A DNA stretch of 64,000 bases from Acidobacteriota bacterium (GTDB taxonomy: Bacteria; Acidobacteriota; UBA890; WLXD01). A program made the position numbers and the translations under genes. Shown here piece after piece: positions 54,007 through 64,000 of the stretch (positions are counted from its first letter, which is position 1; the number at the start of each line of letters is the position of its first letter). Location of the stretch: assembly GCA_965248695.1 (NCBI GenBank), contig CBDFKD010000002.1, positions 2,208,001-2,272,000 on the forward strand, read 5' to 3'. The notes under the pieces were generated by a model. The model did no database searches and was not told the origin of the DNA. It saw only the letters and a list, made by a program, of their open reading frames with translations.

Positions 54007-55746
54007 TCAGTTCGATTTCCCCGGCCCGTAAACCGCCCGCCCGGGAAGCGCTCCGGTGTGCTCGCCATCGCGCAGCACCTGCTCGCCGTTGACGAATACG
54101 TGCACCATTCCGGTGGCGTATTGATGCGGCTGCTCGTAGGTGGCGTGGTCGGTGATCGTGTCAGGGTCGAAGATCGCCAGGTCGGCGAAATAGCCCTCCA
54201 GGAGGCGTCCTCGATCAGCCACCCCGAGGTTCTCGCTCGGCAGCGCCGAGAGCTTGCGAACAGCCTCGTGCAGCGGGATCACGCCGCGGTCACGGACGTA
54301 GCGCCCGAGGAGTCGCGCGAAGTTGCCGTAGGCTCGCGGGTGGGTGCTGGTGAGCACGAACCGACCTTCGGTCGCCAGCGAGCCGGCGTCGGACCCGAAC
54401 GAAAGCCATGGCAAGGCAACCTGCCTCTCGATGTTCTCCTCCGACATCAGGAAGTAGACGACCTGCACGCGCGTGCCGTCCTCGACCACCAGATCCATCG
54501 CCGTGTCGGCCGGATCGCGTCCACGCTCGGCGGCAACTTCGGCGAGCGTCTTGCCGGTGTAGCGCTGGCGCAGCTCGGGGTTACGGAAGCCGACCAGCAG
54601 CGTCCCCTCGGCGCCGGCCGCCAGCAACAGGTTCTCCCAGTCGTCGGTTGGCGAGGTCATCTCGTCCTTCACCTGCGCCCGCGTTACAGGATCGCCCAAC
54701 CGTCGTACCCACTCCGAGTAGCCGCCTTCCTGCACCCACGGGGGCATCGCCGCGTCGAGACCCGTCGAGCCGGCCGTATAGGTGTACATATCGGCGGTGA
54801 TGGACAGCCCCTCGGCGCGCGCCGCCTCGACGCGTCCGATGGCGGCATCCATCTTCTCCCAGTTTTGCTGGCCGGCGGCCTTGAGATGGTAGATCTCGGC
54901 TGCGACGCTGGCGTCGCGCGCCACGGTGATGAGCTCGTCGATGGCTTCGAGGAGGCGATTCCCCTCCGACCGCATATGCGAGATGTACATGCCGCCGGAT
55001 TCGCCGGCTGCTGCCGCCAGAGCCACTAGCTCATCGGTGCCGGCGTAGAACCCTGGCGCGTAGATGAGCGATGAGCCGATGCCCATGGCGCCCTCACGCA
55101 TGGCGGCGCGCGTCAGCTCCAGCATGCGGGCGAGCTCTTCGGCGGTGGCCGGTCGGTCGGCGTAGCCAACTTCGTGGATTCGCAGTGTCGTGGCGCCGAC
55201 GAAGGAGGCGACGTTCGTGGCGACTCCCTTGTTCTCCAGGAAGCTCAGGTACTCTCCGAGCGTCGTCCAAGGTACCTGGACCGTCGATCCGGCGGGCAAG
55301 CCGAGCATGTTGCGGGCGGCGTCTTCGCCTCCTGCGTCGGCAATCCAGCCAGCCACCGTTTCGGCCTTCATGGCGTCGTTGAGGGGGCCGTACGACGACC
55401 CTTCGCCGAACACCTCGAGGGTCACGCCCTGCCGGATGTCGCCTTGCGAGCGACCATCGACGATCAATGAGTCGACCGCCCAGCTGAGCATGTTGACGAA
55501 TCCCGGCGCCACGGCCAGTCCGGCGACGTCGATCTCCTCGTTGCCGACAGCGGTCCCCAGGTCACCGACGGCGGCGATGCGATCGGCGGCAATGGCGACG
55601 TCGCCGATGATCGGCGGCTCGCCGCTGCCGTCATAGATCGTGCCGCCGCGCAGCACGATGTCGTACGAGATCGGTGGTGTTCCGACACATGCGGGGGTCC
55701 AGACGACGGCTAGCAGCAGGGTCAGGGCATGACGGACTCGCGACAT
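54007..55746 (-). CDS. N-acyl-D-amino-acid deacylase family (signal peptide)
   Basis: GGTIYDGSG, APGFVN, YISHMRSEG, HPRAYG, ADLAIFDP. Confidence 0.9.
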   Translation of the reverse strand: MSRVRHALTLLLAVVWTPACVGTPPISYDIVLRGGTIYDGSGEPPIIGDVAIAADRIAAVGDLGTAVGNEEIDVAGLAVAPGFVNMLSWAVDSLIVDGRSQGDIRQGVTLEVFGEGSSYGPLNDAMKAETVAGWIADAGGEDAARNMLGLPAGSTVQVPWTTLGEYLSFLENKGVATNVASFVGATTLRIHEVGYADRPATAEELARMLELTRAAMREGAMGIGSSLIYAPGFYAGTDELVALAAAAGESGGMYISHMRSEGNRLLEAIDELITVARDASVAAEIYHLKAAGQQNWEKMDAAIGRVEAARAEGLSITADMYTYTAGSTGLDAAMPPWVQEGGYSEWVRRLGDPVTRAQVKDEMTSPTDDWENLLLAAGAEGTLLVGFRNPELRQRYTGKTLAEVAAERGRDPADTAMDLVVEDGTRVQVVYFLMSEENIERQVALPWLSFGSDAGSLATEGRFVLTSTHPRAYGNFARLLGRYVRDRGVIPLHEAVRKLSALPSENLGVADRGRLLEGYFADLAIFDPDTITDHATYEQPHQYATGMVHVFVNGEQVLRDGEHTGALPGRAVYGPGKSN

Positions 55747-55867
55747 GGCGAGCTCCTGAGCTTCGGGGTACGCGATCTGGACGGGGTAGGTACGCGCCGT
55801 AGCTTACGATGGGCGCCCACGACGGTCGGTCAGCGGGACCGCGCCGCCAGTTGAGGAGAAGACAGCA

Positions 55868-56716
55868 GTGACCCGCAAGTCGCGTCGCTCCGGCGATTCA
55901 CCACCAACGCGCGCCGGTCGTACGAAAGCCGAGACGGCCGACAAGCACGACCTGTACGAGCGTGCGGTTCAGGAGCCCGAGGCTGATGTCGACTTCGCCA
56001 CAAACACGTTTCGTGCCGAGTTCGGACGCCGCGCGGTGCGTTTGCGCGAGGACTTCTGCGGCACCGCCGCGATCAGCCGTGACTGGGTGAGGGCGCACAA
56101 GAAGAACTACGCCTGGGGAGTGGACCTCGATGCCGAGACGTTGGCCTGGGGTCTGACGAACAATATCGAACCGTTGCGAGAGCAGCAGCGGCGTCGCGTC
56201 GCCCTGGTCGAGGGCGACGTGCGCACTACGAGCACGCCGCCGGTCGATATCGTCATGGCGCTGAATTTCTCGTACTTCCTGTTCACCGAGCGGGCCGCCC
56301 TGCTGCGCTACCTCCGCGCCGCGCGCCGACACCTCGATCGCGAGGGATTGCTGATCCTGGATGCCTACGGCGGCCCGGAGTCGGTGCAACGCGTCGAGGA
56401 CGAAACCGAGCACGAAGGCTTCAGCTACATCTGGGACCAGGACGACTTCGATCCCATCAGCCGCATGGCCACCTGCTACATCCACTTCACGTTCGATGAC
56501 GGCAGCGCGCTGCGCCGCGCTTTTGCTTACCACTGGCGCATGTACACCATCCCGGAGCTCCGGGAAGCTCTGGCCGACGCCGGCTTCACGTCGTCGACGG
56601 TGTACTGGGAGGGTACCGACGCGAAGACCCAAGAGGGCGACGGGGTCTACACCCCGAGGGAGACGGCCGAGCCCGATGACGCCTGGGTTTGCTACGTCGT
56701 CGGGGTGAAGCGCTGA
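55868..56716 (+). CDS. Class I SAM-dependent methyltransferase
   Basis: LYERAVQEP, LREDFCGTA, GVDLD, ALNFSY. Confidence 0.85.
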   Translation: MTRKSRRSGDSPPTRAGRTKAETADKHDLYERAVQEPEADVDFATNTFRAEFGRRAVRLREDFCGTAAISRDWVRAHKKNYAWGVDLDAETLAWGLTNNIEPLREQQRRRVALVEGDVRTTSTPPVDIVMALNFSYFLFTERAALLRYLRAARRHLDREGLLILDAYGGPESVQRVEDETEHEGFSYIWDQDDFDPISRMATCYIHFTFDDGSALRRAFAYHWRMYTIPELREALADAGFTSSTVYWEGTDAKTQEGDGVYTPRETAEPDDAWVCYVVGVKR

Positions 56717-56735
56717 GGGTTGGTCCTTAAGTGGT

Positions 56736-56763
56736 TTGCAAAGTGATATCACTTTGATAAGAT
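56736..56763 (+). promoter_or_regulatory. Promoter overlapped by an 18-bp perfect palindrome CAAAGTGATATCACTTTG (56739-56756)
   Basis: TTGCAA-N16-TAAGAT with the palindrome spanning the -35 and spacer; upstream of SPFH + Arc-like genes. Confidence 0.75.
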
Positions 56764-56862
56764 AGCTCCGTTCGAGGTCGGACGCGCCTCACCGCGGTGC
56801 CGAGCCAAGCACTCGTCGGGACGGCGTTCTTTCACCGCCCTCCACAAGAACAGGAGCGACCG

Positions 56863-57753
56863 ATGATTCGAGAGATCGAGCACAAGGCGTTGAGCGGATT
56901 CCTCATGCTGGGCGTTCTCGTGCCAGCGTTGATCGGGCTCGTCTGGATGGTCATCGCGACGATCCGCGACCTCGCCCAGCTCGGCGCCACTCCAGGCCGC
57001 GTCGGATGGCTCGTGGGCTTTATCCTGCTCGTGGTCACGGACGTGATCATGATGGCGGGCCTGTTCACCGTGGCCCCCAACGAGGGCAAGGTGCTACAGC
57101 TCTTCGGTCGCTACGTGGGCACGGCGAGGGAGCCGGGACTGCGCTGGGCCAACCCGTTCCTGACCAAGAACCGGGTCTCCCTGCGCGTGCGCAACTTCGA
57201 GACCGGCAAGCTCAAAGTGAACGATAAGCGCGGCAACCCGATCGAGTTTGCCTCGGTCGTGGTGTGGAAGGTCGTCGATACCGCCGAGGCGATCTTCATG
57301 GTCGACGACTTCAAGCACTACGTGCACGTGCAAAGCGAAGCGGCGGGCCGAGCCCTGGCGACGGGCTATCCGTACGACGTGTTCGAAGAGGGCGAAGTGT
57401 CGCTGGTGTCGCATACCGCTGAGATCAGCGACAAGCTGAAGATAGAGATCCAGGACCGGCTCGACCAGGCCGGAGTGGAGGTCATCGAAGCGCGCATCAG
57501 CCACCTGGCGTACTCGCCGGAGATCGCCAGCGCCATGCTGCAGCGTCAGCAGGCCGCCGCGGTCATTGCGGCGCGCAAGAAGATCGTCCAGGGCGCCGTC
57601 GGCATGGTAGAGGACGCGCTGAATCAGCTTTCGGAGCATGGCATCGTCGAGCTCGATGACGAGCGCCGGGCCCAGATGGTGAGCAACCTGCTGGTCGTGC
57701 TGACCAGCGAGTCGCGACCGCAGCCGGTGCTGAATGCGGGGAGCCTCTACTAG
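56863..57753 (+). CDS. SPFH/band-7 domain membrane protein
   Basis: Two TMs; [46 protein letters not shown]. Confidence 0.92.
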   Translation: MIREIEHKALSGFLMLGVLVPALIGLVWMVIATIRDLAQLGATPGRVGWLVGFILLVVTDVIMMAGLFTVAPNEGKVLQLFGRYVGTAREPGLRWANPFLTKNRVSLRVRNFETGKLKVNDKRGNPIEFASVVVWKVVDTAEAIFMVDDFKHYVHVQSEAAGRALATGYPYDVFEEGEVSLVSHTAEISDKLKIEIQDRLDQAGVEVIEARISHLAYSPEIASAMLQRQQAAAVIAARKKIVQGAVGMVEDALNQLSEHGIVELDDERRAQMVSNLLVVLTSESRPQPVLNAGSLY

Positions 57754-57861
57754 GCGGTCCGGGACGCCCGGGCACACCAGCACACGAGAACGGAAGGCAG
57801 AGAGAGATCTGCAGCACAGATGCGGGGCGCGCAGCTGGCGCCCCGCTGAGGCAGGCGGAAG

Positions 57862-58056
57862 GTGACAGAGCGCAAGGCGGTCCTGATCCGGCTGGACCCG
57901 ACGGTCCACTCGTCCTTGCGACGATGGGCCGATGACGAGCTCAGATCGTTCAATGCGCAGGTGGAGTACGTGCTGCGCAACGCACTGCGCGGCGCCGGCC
58001 GCCTTCGCGGCGATCAACCACCGGGACCAGGCGCGCCAGAGCGCACGGACACTTAG
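57862..58056 (+). CDS. Arc-family ribbon-helix-helix regulator
   Basis: RKAVLIRLDP..LRRWADDELRSFNAQVEYVL. Confidence 0.85.
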   Translation: MTERKAVLIRLDPTVHSSLRRWADDELRSFNAQVEYVLRNALRGAGRLRGDQPPGPGAPERTDT

Positions 58057-58222
58057 CCCCGTCGCACCCGCCGAGGACCGGCCCAAACCGCGGCCCTGAG
58101 GCGTCGCCTGGGGGGCCGCCCGCCGCGCCTATCCCCTCGAAGGATCGGCTGCGATACTTGGGGCCACCGGCCGGAATCGCCCGGTCGCGCCACCGCAGGC
58201 CCGTTTTCCGCCCGCCGCCAAG

Positions 58223-59685
58223 ATGACCGAACAGCAGCGATTTACCTGTGACTGGCTGTGGAACCAGCTGGTTGTGCTCTCCGACGGCAAGGTTGTTTGC
58301 GGTTGTGCGGATCCCTACGGGGAGCGACCGCTCGGCCATCTCGACAAGCAATCGCTGCACGACATCTGGAACGCGCCGCATGTCCAGAAGATCCGCCGCC
58401 AGCTGAACGACGGCTACGCCCCCTTCTGCAAACCCTGCGGCCTCAAGACGATGGTCGACGAGGACTACGAGATTCCGCAGCGCCCGGAACACGTCGAGAC
58501 GCTGCCGCGGATCTTCCTGGAGCCTGCCGTCGGCTGCAACATCTCCTGTTTCGAAGCGGTGTGTAACCAGACGTCCAAGATCGTCCAGACACGCTCCCAG
58601 CGGCTGATGGAGTGGGGCGACTTCAAGCGCATCGTCGACTCGGTCGGCAACGAGCTCGTGCGCCTCGACTTCTTCAACTACGGCGAGTCGTTCGTGCACC
58701 CGGAGTCGGTCGAAATGATGGAGTACATCAAGGCGACCTATCCAGACGTTTTCCTGTACATCAGTACCAACGGCTTGCTGCTCACCGACGACAAGATGGC
58801 CCGGCTGGTGGATGCCGGCGTCGACGAGATCACCTTCTCCGTGGACGGTCCCGATCAGGAGACGTACGAGAAGTATCGCGTCAAAGGCGACTTCGAGAAG
58901 GTGTTCGGCATCATGCGTCGCTTCGTCGAGATCCGCGAGGCAGCGGGTGCGCTGCTGCCGTACTTGAACTGGGCTACATCATCTTCAAGTGGAACGACTC
59001 CGACGAGAAGATGGACCGCACGCGCCAGCTGGCTGCCGACATCGGTATCGACAAGCTCGTCTGGGAGATCACCAATCACCCACCGGTGGCGGCCAGCGAG
59101 AAGTATCAGCCCGGGACGCCGGCGTGGCGTGAGATCTACAACGAGATCTGGGATACGAGCCAGACGTGCAACGCTATCGATGGCAGACGCTTGCTGGCCG
59201 ACATCGGCTTTGATGGCGACGGCTCGTGGACCGGGCGGTCCTCGGAGCCGACGACGCTGAGAGTTCGCGTGCAGAACACCGGCGGTGCGTTGTGGCGCAA
59301 CGCCGCGCATGGGTGGCGACGGACCATTCGCCTCGGCGCCCAGTTGCATGACGGCGACCGCAACCTGATCGACCGTGACTACGCACGTGCCTTCCTGCCG
59401 CGGGACGTTGCCGGCAACGAGTCGGTGGAAATCGACATAGAGCTGCCCGCCCTGGAAGCTCCCGGCGAGTACACCCTCAAGTTCGACATGGCGTGTGAAG
59501 GGATCGACTGGCTTGAGTCTGGCGGTTCACCGGTGTCCTGGGGAGCCCTGAGCGTCGCTCCTTCTGCCGAGGCGACCAACGGCGGCGCGCCCGCCGACGT
59601 GGTATCGGCCGATTCGGAAGAGACGCCCGTCGGCCGCCTTCTAGACGGCGCCCGTACGCTTGGCCGGCGGCTGATCGGTCGGTAG
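58223..59685 (+). CDS. SPASM/twitch + radical SAM + Ig-like domain protein, frameshifted at about 58971
   Basis: N-terminal C..LW.QLVVLSDGKVVCGC.D...C..C; GCNISCFEAVC; FNYGES, ISTNG, FSVDG; restoring one C (TGG[C]GCTAC) gives NWRYIIFKWND and joins ORF 58612..59685. Confidence 0.8.
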
Positions 59686-59746
59686 CGGCGATGCCCGACA
59701 GCACTGGTTCGGCAGCGGCGGTGCCCGCCAGAAACGGTAGCTAGAC

Positions 59747-59993
59747 CTGCGGCCGCTGCACACCGACTTGCCGATGGCGTACACATGGCGTCGCGATAGC
59801 AGCAGCGACAACTTCTCCTGGCCGACTCGACCTGATCTTCTTTACCGACAGCGTCCTGCGGGCACAGAATCGCTTTGTGCTGCACACGCCCTCGATGACC
59901 CGCAAGCGCCGGCGAGGCTATGGTCTACGCCGCGACGACACCACCAAAGCTTCCGACCACCTGCCGGTGGTGGCTGACTTCAGCCTGCGCTAG
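59747..59993 (+). pseudogene. Remnant of an endonuclease/exonuclease/phosphatase gene (C-terminal fragment)
   Basis: AYTWRRDSS / frameshift / SPGRLDLIFFTDSVL...ASDHLPVVADF* (EEP motifs RLD and SDH.PV); no N-terminal part. Confidence 0.7.
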
Positions 59994-60100
59994 TCACGTG
60001 CGCGACGCGGTTCGCCACTGACCGTCGCCATCACGGACCGCGAGGCGGGGCACGTACGCGAGCCCGCCAGCCTGCTCAGGGCAGCGAGCCCGCAGCCTGC

Positions 60101-61693
60101 TCAGCGCAGACGGTAGCGCTGGATCTTGCCGGTGGCAGTCTTCGGCAGTTCGGCGACGAACTCGATCCAGCGCGGATACTTGAAGGGTGCGATGGCGCTC
60201 TTGACGAACTCCTTGAGCTCCTCGCCCAGGGTGTCGCTGACGTCTACGCCGTCGCGCAGCACCACAAAAGCCTTGGGCTTGACCAGACGGGCTTCGTCTT
60301 CGGCGCCCACCACCGCGGCCTCGAGGACCGCGGCATGCTCCATGAGCGCCGCCTCGACCTCGAAGGGCGACACCCAGATGCCGCCCACCTTCAACATGTC
60401 GTCGGTCCGCCCCTGGTACCAGTAGTAGTCGTCATCGTCGACGATGTACTTGTCGCCGGTGCGGATCCAGTCGCCGCTGATGGTGGCTTTGGTCTGCTCG
60501 TGACGGTTCCAGTAGAAGGCGCAGGTGGAGTCGCCCTTGATGAGCAGGTCGCCGACCTCGCCGGGCGCCGTCAGGCCACCGTGGTCATCAACGATGCGCG
60601 CCTCGTATCCGGGGACGATCTGGCCGCTGGAGCCCGCCCGTACCTCGCCGGCTCGGTTGGCGATGAACATATGCAAGATCTCGGTAGAGCCGATGCCGTC
60701 GAGAATCTCCTGACCGTAGCGTTCCCGCCAGCGCTCATACAGCGTCGGAGGCAGCGCCTCACCGGCCGAGATGCACAGCCGCAGGCTCGGCAGGGTTGTC
60801 GGCGCCGTCCGGTTGTCGACCTCGAGCAAGCTGGAGTAGCCGGTCGGCACCGAGTAGAAGACGCTGGGGCGATAGCGCTGCAGCACGTCGAAAACCGCTC
60901 CTGGCTCGGGGCGCCCGGGGTACAGCACCGTCGAGGCGCCGACGTGGAACGGGAAGTAGAGCGCGTTGCCGAGGCCGTAGGCGAAGAACAGCTTCGCCAC
61001 CGAGAACGTGACGTCGGCTTCCGACAGCGCCAGCACGTGCCGAGCGTAGCCCTCGGCGCAGACCAGCATGTCGTGCTGCAAGTGCACCGTCCCTTTCGGG
61101 AAGCCCGTCGTCCCTGACGAGTAGAGCCATAGGCACGGGTCGTCCTTGCTCATCTGCTCGGCGTCGAGCTCCGGCGAGGCAGCGGCGCACAGATCGACGA
61201 GCGAATGCACCGCGAGCTTATCGCTGGCTTCGGGCAGCTCAGGTGCGTCGCCCTCGGGCCCCGGCGCCACGACCAGGTGCCGCAGGTACAGCAGTCGATC
61301 GCGGATCGGCTCGATGACCGTCAGCAAGGGAGCTGAAACGACCAAGACGCGGGCGCGCGAATCGTTCAGCAGATACTCGTACTCGGGCGCGGTGAGCAGG
61401 GTGTTGGTGGGAACAGGCACCGCGCCGATCTTGATGGCACCAAAGAAGGAGTGGACGAACTCGGGACCGTCGAGCAACAGCAACATGACGCGCTGCTCCA
61501 CATCGAGCCCGAGATCGCGGAACGCGTTGCCGGCCCGATTCGTGTCGGTCAACACTGCCGCGTAGGTGTGCGTGCTGCCGTCGCCAACATAGTGCACGGC
61601 GACGTTGTCACCGCGCCCCATCTCGACGTTGGCGTCGACGAAATCGAACGCGGCATTCATGCGGTCGGGAATCTCGATCACGGTCACCTGCAA
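60101..61693 (-). CDS. Benzoate-CoA ligase family acyl-CoA synthetase
   Basis: WLYSSGTTGFPKG, KLFFAYGLGN, DGIGSTE, RTGD, PKTATGKIQR. Confidence 0.92.
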   Translation of the reverse strand: MQVTVIEIPDRMNAAFDFVDANVEMGRGDNVAVHYVGDGSTHTYAAVLTDTNRAGNAFRDLGLDVEQRVMLLLLDGPEFVHSFFGAIKIGAVPVPTNTLLTAPEYEYLLNDSRARVLVVSAPLLTVIEPIRDRLLYLRHLVVAPGPEGDAPELPEASDKLAVHSLVDLCAAASPELDAEQMSKDDPCLWLYSSGTTGFPKGTVHLQHDMLVCAEGYARHVLALSEADVTFSVAKLFFAYGLGNALYFPFHVGASTVLYPGRPEPGAVFDVLQRYRPSVFYSVPTGYSSLLEVDNRTAPTTLPSLRLCISAGEALPPTLYERWRERYGQEILDGIGSTEILHMFIANRAGEVRAGSSGQIVPGYEARIVDDHGGLTAPGEVGDLLIKGDSTCAFYWNRHEQTKATISGDWIRTGDKYIVDDDDYYWYQGRTDDMLKVGGIWVSPFEVEAALMEHAAVLEAAVVGAEDEARLVKPKAFVVLRDGVDVSDTLGEELKEFVKSAIAPFKYPRWIEFVAELPKTATGKIQRYRLR

Positions 61694-61785
61694 TCTGCGT
61701 CACACGGAGAGCGCGTGAACGTTTCGTTACAAGTCCAATCTACCCTGCAATAGGGACGCCGTAGCGCCCGCGGGGTACATGGACG

Positions 61786-62496
61786 ATGCATCACATCTTG
61801 ATAGTGGAGGATGAGCCGGACATCGCCCGCCTCATCGACCTGCATCTGTCGGACGCCGGCTTTGACGTCGAGATCGCCGGCACCGCCAGCGCCGGGTTGA
61901 ATAGCGCGCGTCGAAATGGCCCCGATCTGGTGATCCTGGATCTGATGCTCCCGGACGGCGACGGGCTCGACGTTTGCCGCGCGCTGCGCGCCTCCGCCGA
62001 CTACACGCCGATCCTCATCTTGACCGCCAGGTCGGCCGAGCTCGATCGCGTCGTCGGCCTCGAGGTGGGCGCCGACGACTATCTCGTGAAGCCCTTCGCG
62101 GTGCGCGAGCTGGTAGCCTGCGTCAAGGCGATCCTGCGGCGCGTCGAGCTGTCGACCGGCGTGGCGCAGCGGAGCATCTCGCGGCTGGAAGTGGAAGGCC
62201 TGGTGATCGAGCCCGACAAGCGGTGCGTCACCATCAACGCTGCACCCGTGGAGCTCACGGTGACGGAGTTCGATCTGCTCGTGCAGCTGGCCTCGAACCC
62301 CGGGCGGGTCTATACCCGGGCGCAGCTTCTGGACCTCGTGTGGGGAGTGGCCAGCGATTCGTACGAGCACACGGTCAACGCCCACGTGAATCGTCTACGC
62401 GCCAAGATCGAGCCCGATCCGTCGCAGCCTTTCTACGTGCGCACGGTCTGGGGCGTGGGCTACCGATTCCTCGACCCGGGGACGCGAGAGCTCTGA
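61786..62496 (+). CDS. OmpR-family response regulator
   Basis: ILIVEDE, LDLMLP, GADDYLVKPF, winged helix TVWGVGYRF. Confidence 0.95.
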   Translation: MHHILIVEDEPDIARLIDLHLSDAGFDVEIAGTASAGLNSARRNGPDLVILDLMLPDGDGLDVCRALRASADYTPILILTARSAELDRVVGLEVGADDYLVKPFAVRELVACVKAILRRVELSTGVAQRSISRLEVEGLVIEPDKRCVTINAAPVELTVTEFDLLVQLASNPGRVYTRAQLLDLVWGVASDSYEHTVNAHVNRLRAKIEPDPSQPFYVRTVWGVGYRFLDPGTREL

Positions 62497-63980
62497 TGCA
62501 GAACCTCCACACGAAACTGTCCCTGGCCCTATTGGCCGTCCTGGCCGTAGCCTCCGTCGGGCTGGTCGTGCTGCTGGCGCGCACCAGCCAGATGTATCAG
62601 CAGGAGGTCCAACAACAGCTGAACGACGGCCTCGCGGACCACATCATCCAGGAATACGAGCTCATCCGCGCCGACACCGTCGCCGAGGCGGCGCTCGCCG
62701 ATCTCTTCCACATGCTGATGGTCATCAACCCCAGCATCGAGGTCTACCTGCTCGATCCGGAAGGGCGCATCCTTGCCGATGCCGCCCCCGAGGGCCGGAA
62801 GCGTCGCGACCGCGTCTCGCTGGTGCCGGTGGAACAGTTGCTCCAGGGCACCTCGCGATTCCCGATCTTCGGCGATGAGCCGCGCGACCCCCTCGGCAGC
62901 AAGGTCTTCTCCGCCGCACGAATTCTCAGCGACGGCCGATTGCAGGGGTATCTCTACGTGGTGCTCGGAGGCGAGGCATACGACAGCGCCGCAGCGATGC
63001 TTGCCAGCAGCTACATCGTGCGATTGAGCGCCTGGCTCGGCGGCGGCATCCTCGTGCTGTCGCTGTTGGCCGCGGGTTTTCTCTTCCGCCGACTGACGCG
63101 ACCGCTTGCCGCCCTCGATGCCGAGATGGCCCAGTTCGAGAACCACGGACAAAGCGACATCCACCCGGCCCTGGTCGGCAACGACGAGGTCCAACGGTTG
63201 CAAGCCTCGTTCGGCCGTCTATCGCACCGGCTCCAGGAGCAACTGGAGGCCCTGGAGCGCAACGATCGGCTGCGCCGCGAGCTGGTTGCCAACGTGTCAC
63301 ACGACCTGCGCACACCCCTCACGCACCTCCAGGGGTACCTAGAAACACTGCAGTTGAAGGACGATTCGCTGACTCCTAGCGAGCGCGCCGAGTACCTGCG
63401 CATCGCGGTCGACCATTGCGATCGTCTGGCGCGATTGATCGCCGACCTGTTCGAGCTCGCCAAGCTCGAAGCACTGCGAGTGCCGATCAAGACCGAGCGT
63501 TTTTCGGTCGTGGAGCTGGCACGGGACGTGGTCGACAAGTTCCAGCTCACGGCGCGACAACGGGGCATTCACCTGTCGGTGGCCGACGGTCCACGGAGCT
63601 GCCACGTCGATGCGGACCCGAGCCTGATCGAGCGTACGCTCGAGAACCTCATCGCCAACGCCCTGCAGCACACGGAGAGCGGCGGCGCGATCGACGTCGT
63701 CCCGCCGCGACGGCCGGAAGCGGTGCACGTCGAGGTCAGGGACACTGGCAAAGGTATCGACGAGGCCGACCAGCGACGCGTCTTCGAGCGCTTCTTCCGA
63801 ACCTCGGGAGATCGGCGCGCCGACGCCGGCACCGGGCTGGGTCTGGCGATCGCCAAGCGGGCCGTCGAGCTGCATCACGGCAGCATCAGCGTGCACAGTG
63901 TCCCCGGGCAGGGAAGCGTGTTCGGCTTCGACTTGCCGCGGACGGAGGCCTCGGTCGACGGCGGCCTGGCCGAGGCGTAG
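62496..63980 (+). CDS. HAMP-domain sensor histidine kinase
   Basis: Start ATG overlaps the regulator TGA; two TMs; NVSHDLRTPL, NLIANA, DTGKGI, GTGLGLAI. Confidence 0.94.
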   Translation: MQNLHTKLSLALLAVLAVASVGLVVLLARTSQMYQQEVQQQLNDGLADHIIQEYELIRADTVAEAALADLFHMLMVINPSIEVYLLDPEGRILADAAPEGRKRRDRVSLVPVEQLLQGTSRFPIFGDEPRDPLGSKVFSAARILSDGRLQGYLYVVLGGEAYDSAAAMLASSYIVRLSAWLGGGILVLSLLAAGFLFRRLTRPLAALDAEMAQFENHGQSDIHPALVGNDEVQRLQASFGRLSHRLQEQLEALERNDRLRRELVANVSHDLRTPLTHLQGYLETLQLKDDSLTPSERAEYLRIAVDHCDRLARLIADLFELAKLEALRVPIKTERFSVVELARDVVDKFQLTARQRGIHLSVADGPRSCHVDADPSLIERTLENLIANALQHTESGGAIDVVPPRRPEAVHVEVRDTGKGIDEADQRRVFERFFRTSGDRRADAGTGLGLAIAKRAVELHHGSISVHSVPGQGSVFGFDLPRTEASVDGGLAEA

Positions 63981-64000
63981 GGCCTGGCGCAGGCACCGTT

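Overview
High-GC bacterial chromosome segment spanning the replication origin. Gene content and order suggest Acidobacteriota, but that is an inference. The left arm, all on the minus strand, runs rpmH-rnpA-yidD-yidC-jag-rsmG-(2x parS)-parA-parB-bactofilin, then an Mrp Na+/H+ antiporter cluster, atpF'FHAGDC, an ABC substrate-binding protein, wzm/wzt, an rfaE-like gene, mfd, a SurA-like PPIase and a CYCxC lipoprotein. The right arm holds dnaA-(oriC unwinding element)-dnaN-gyrB-gyrA, then pcrA/uvrD, glmS, glmU, tmk, ychF and assorted enzymes and regulators. The standout feature is a 3,160-bp IS1-like cargo transposon (30349-33508; 16-bp perfect TIRs, 8-bp TSD CGACTGCG) inserted between rpmH and dnaA. 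It carries: a DDE transposase; a small basic KGG-motif protein; a DUF3800-like nuclease gene (one frameshift) followed by a compact structured RNA; a small RHH-like protein with a 33-bp palindrome upstream; and a promoter-preceded ~470-nt highly structured non-coding region with a non-canonical tRNA-like cloverleaf (GGA anticodon, short variable arm, U73, no CCA) at the tip of a long stem. Several single-base frameshifts in the window suggest possible assembly indel errors.
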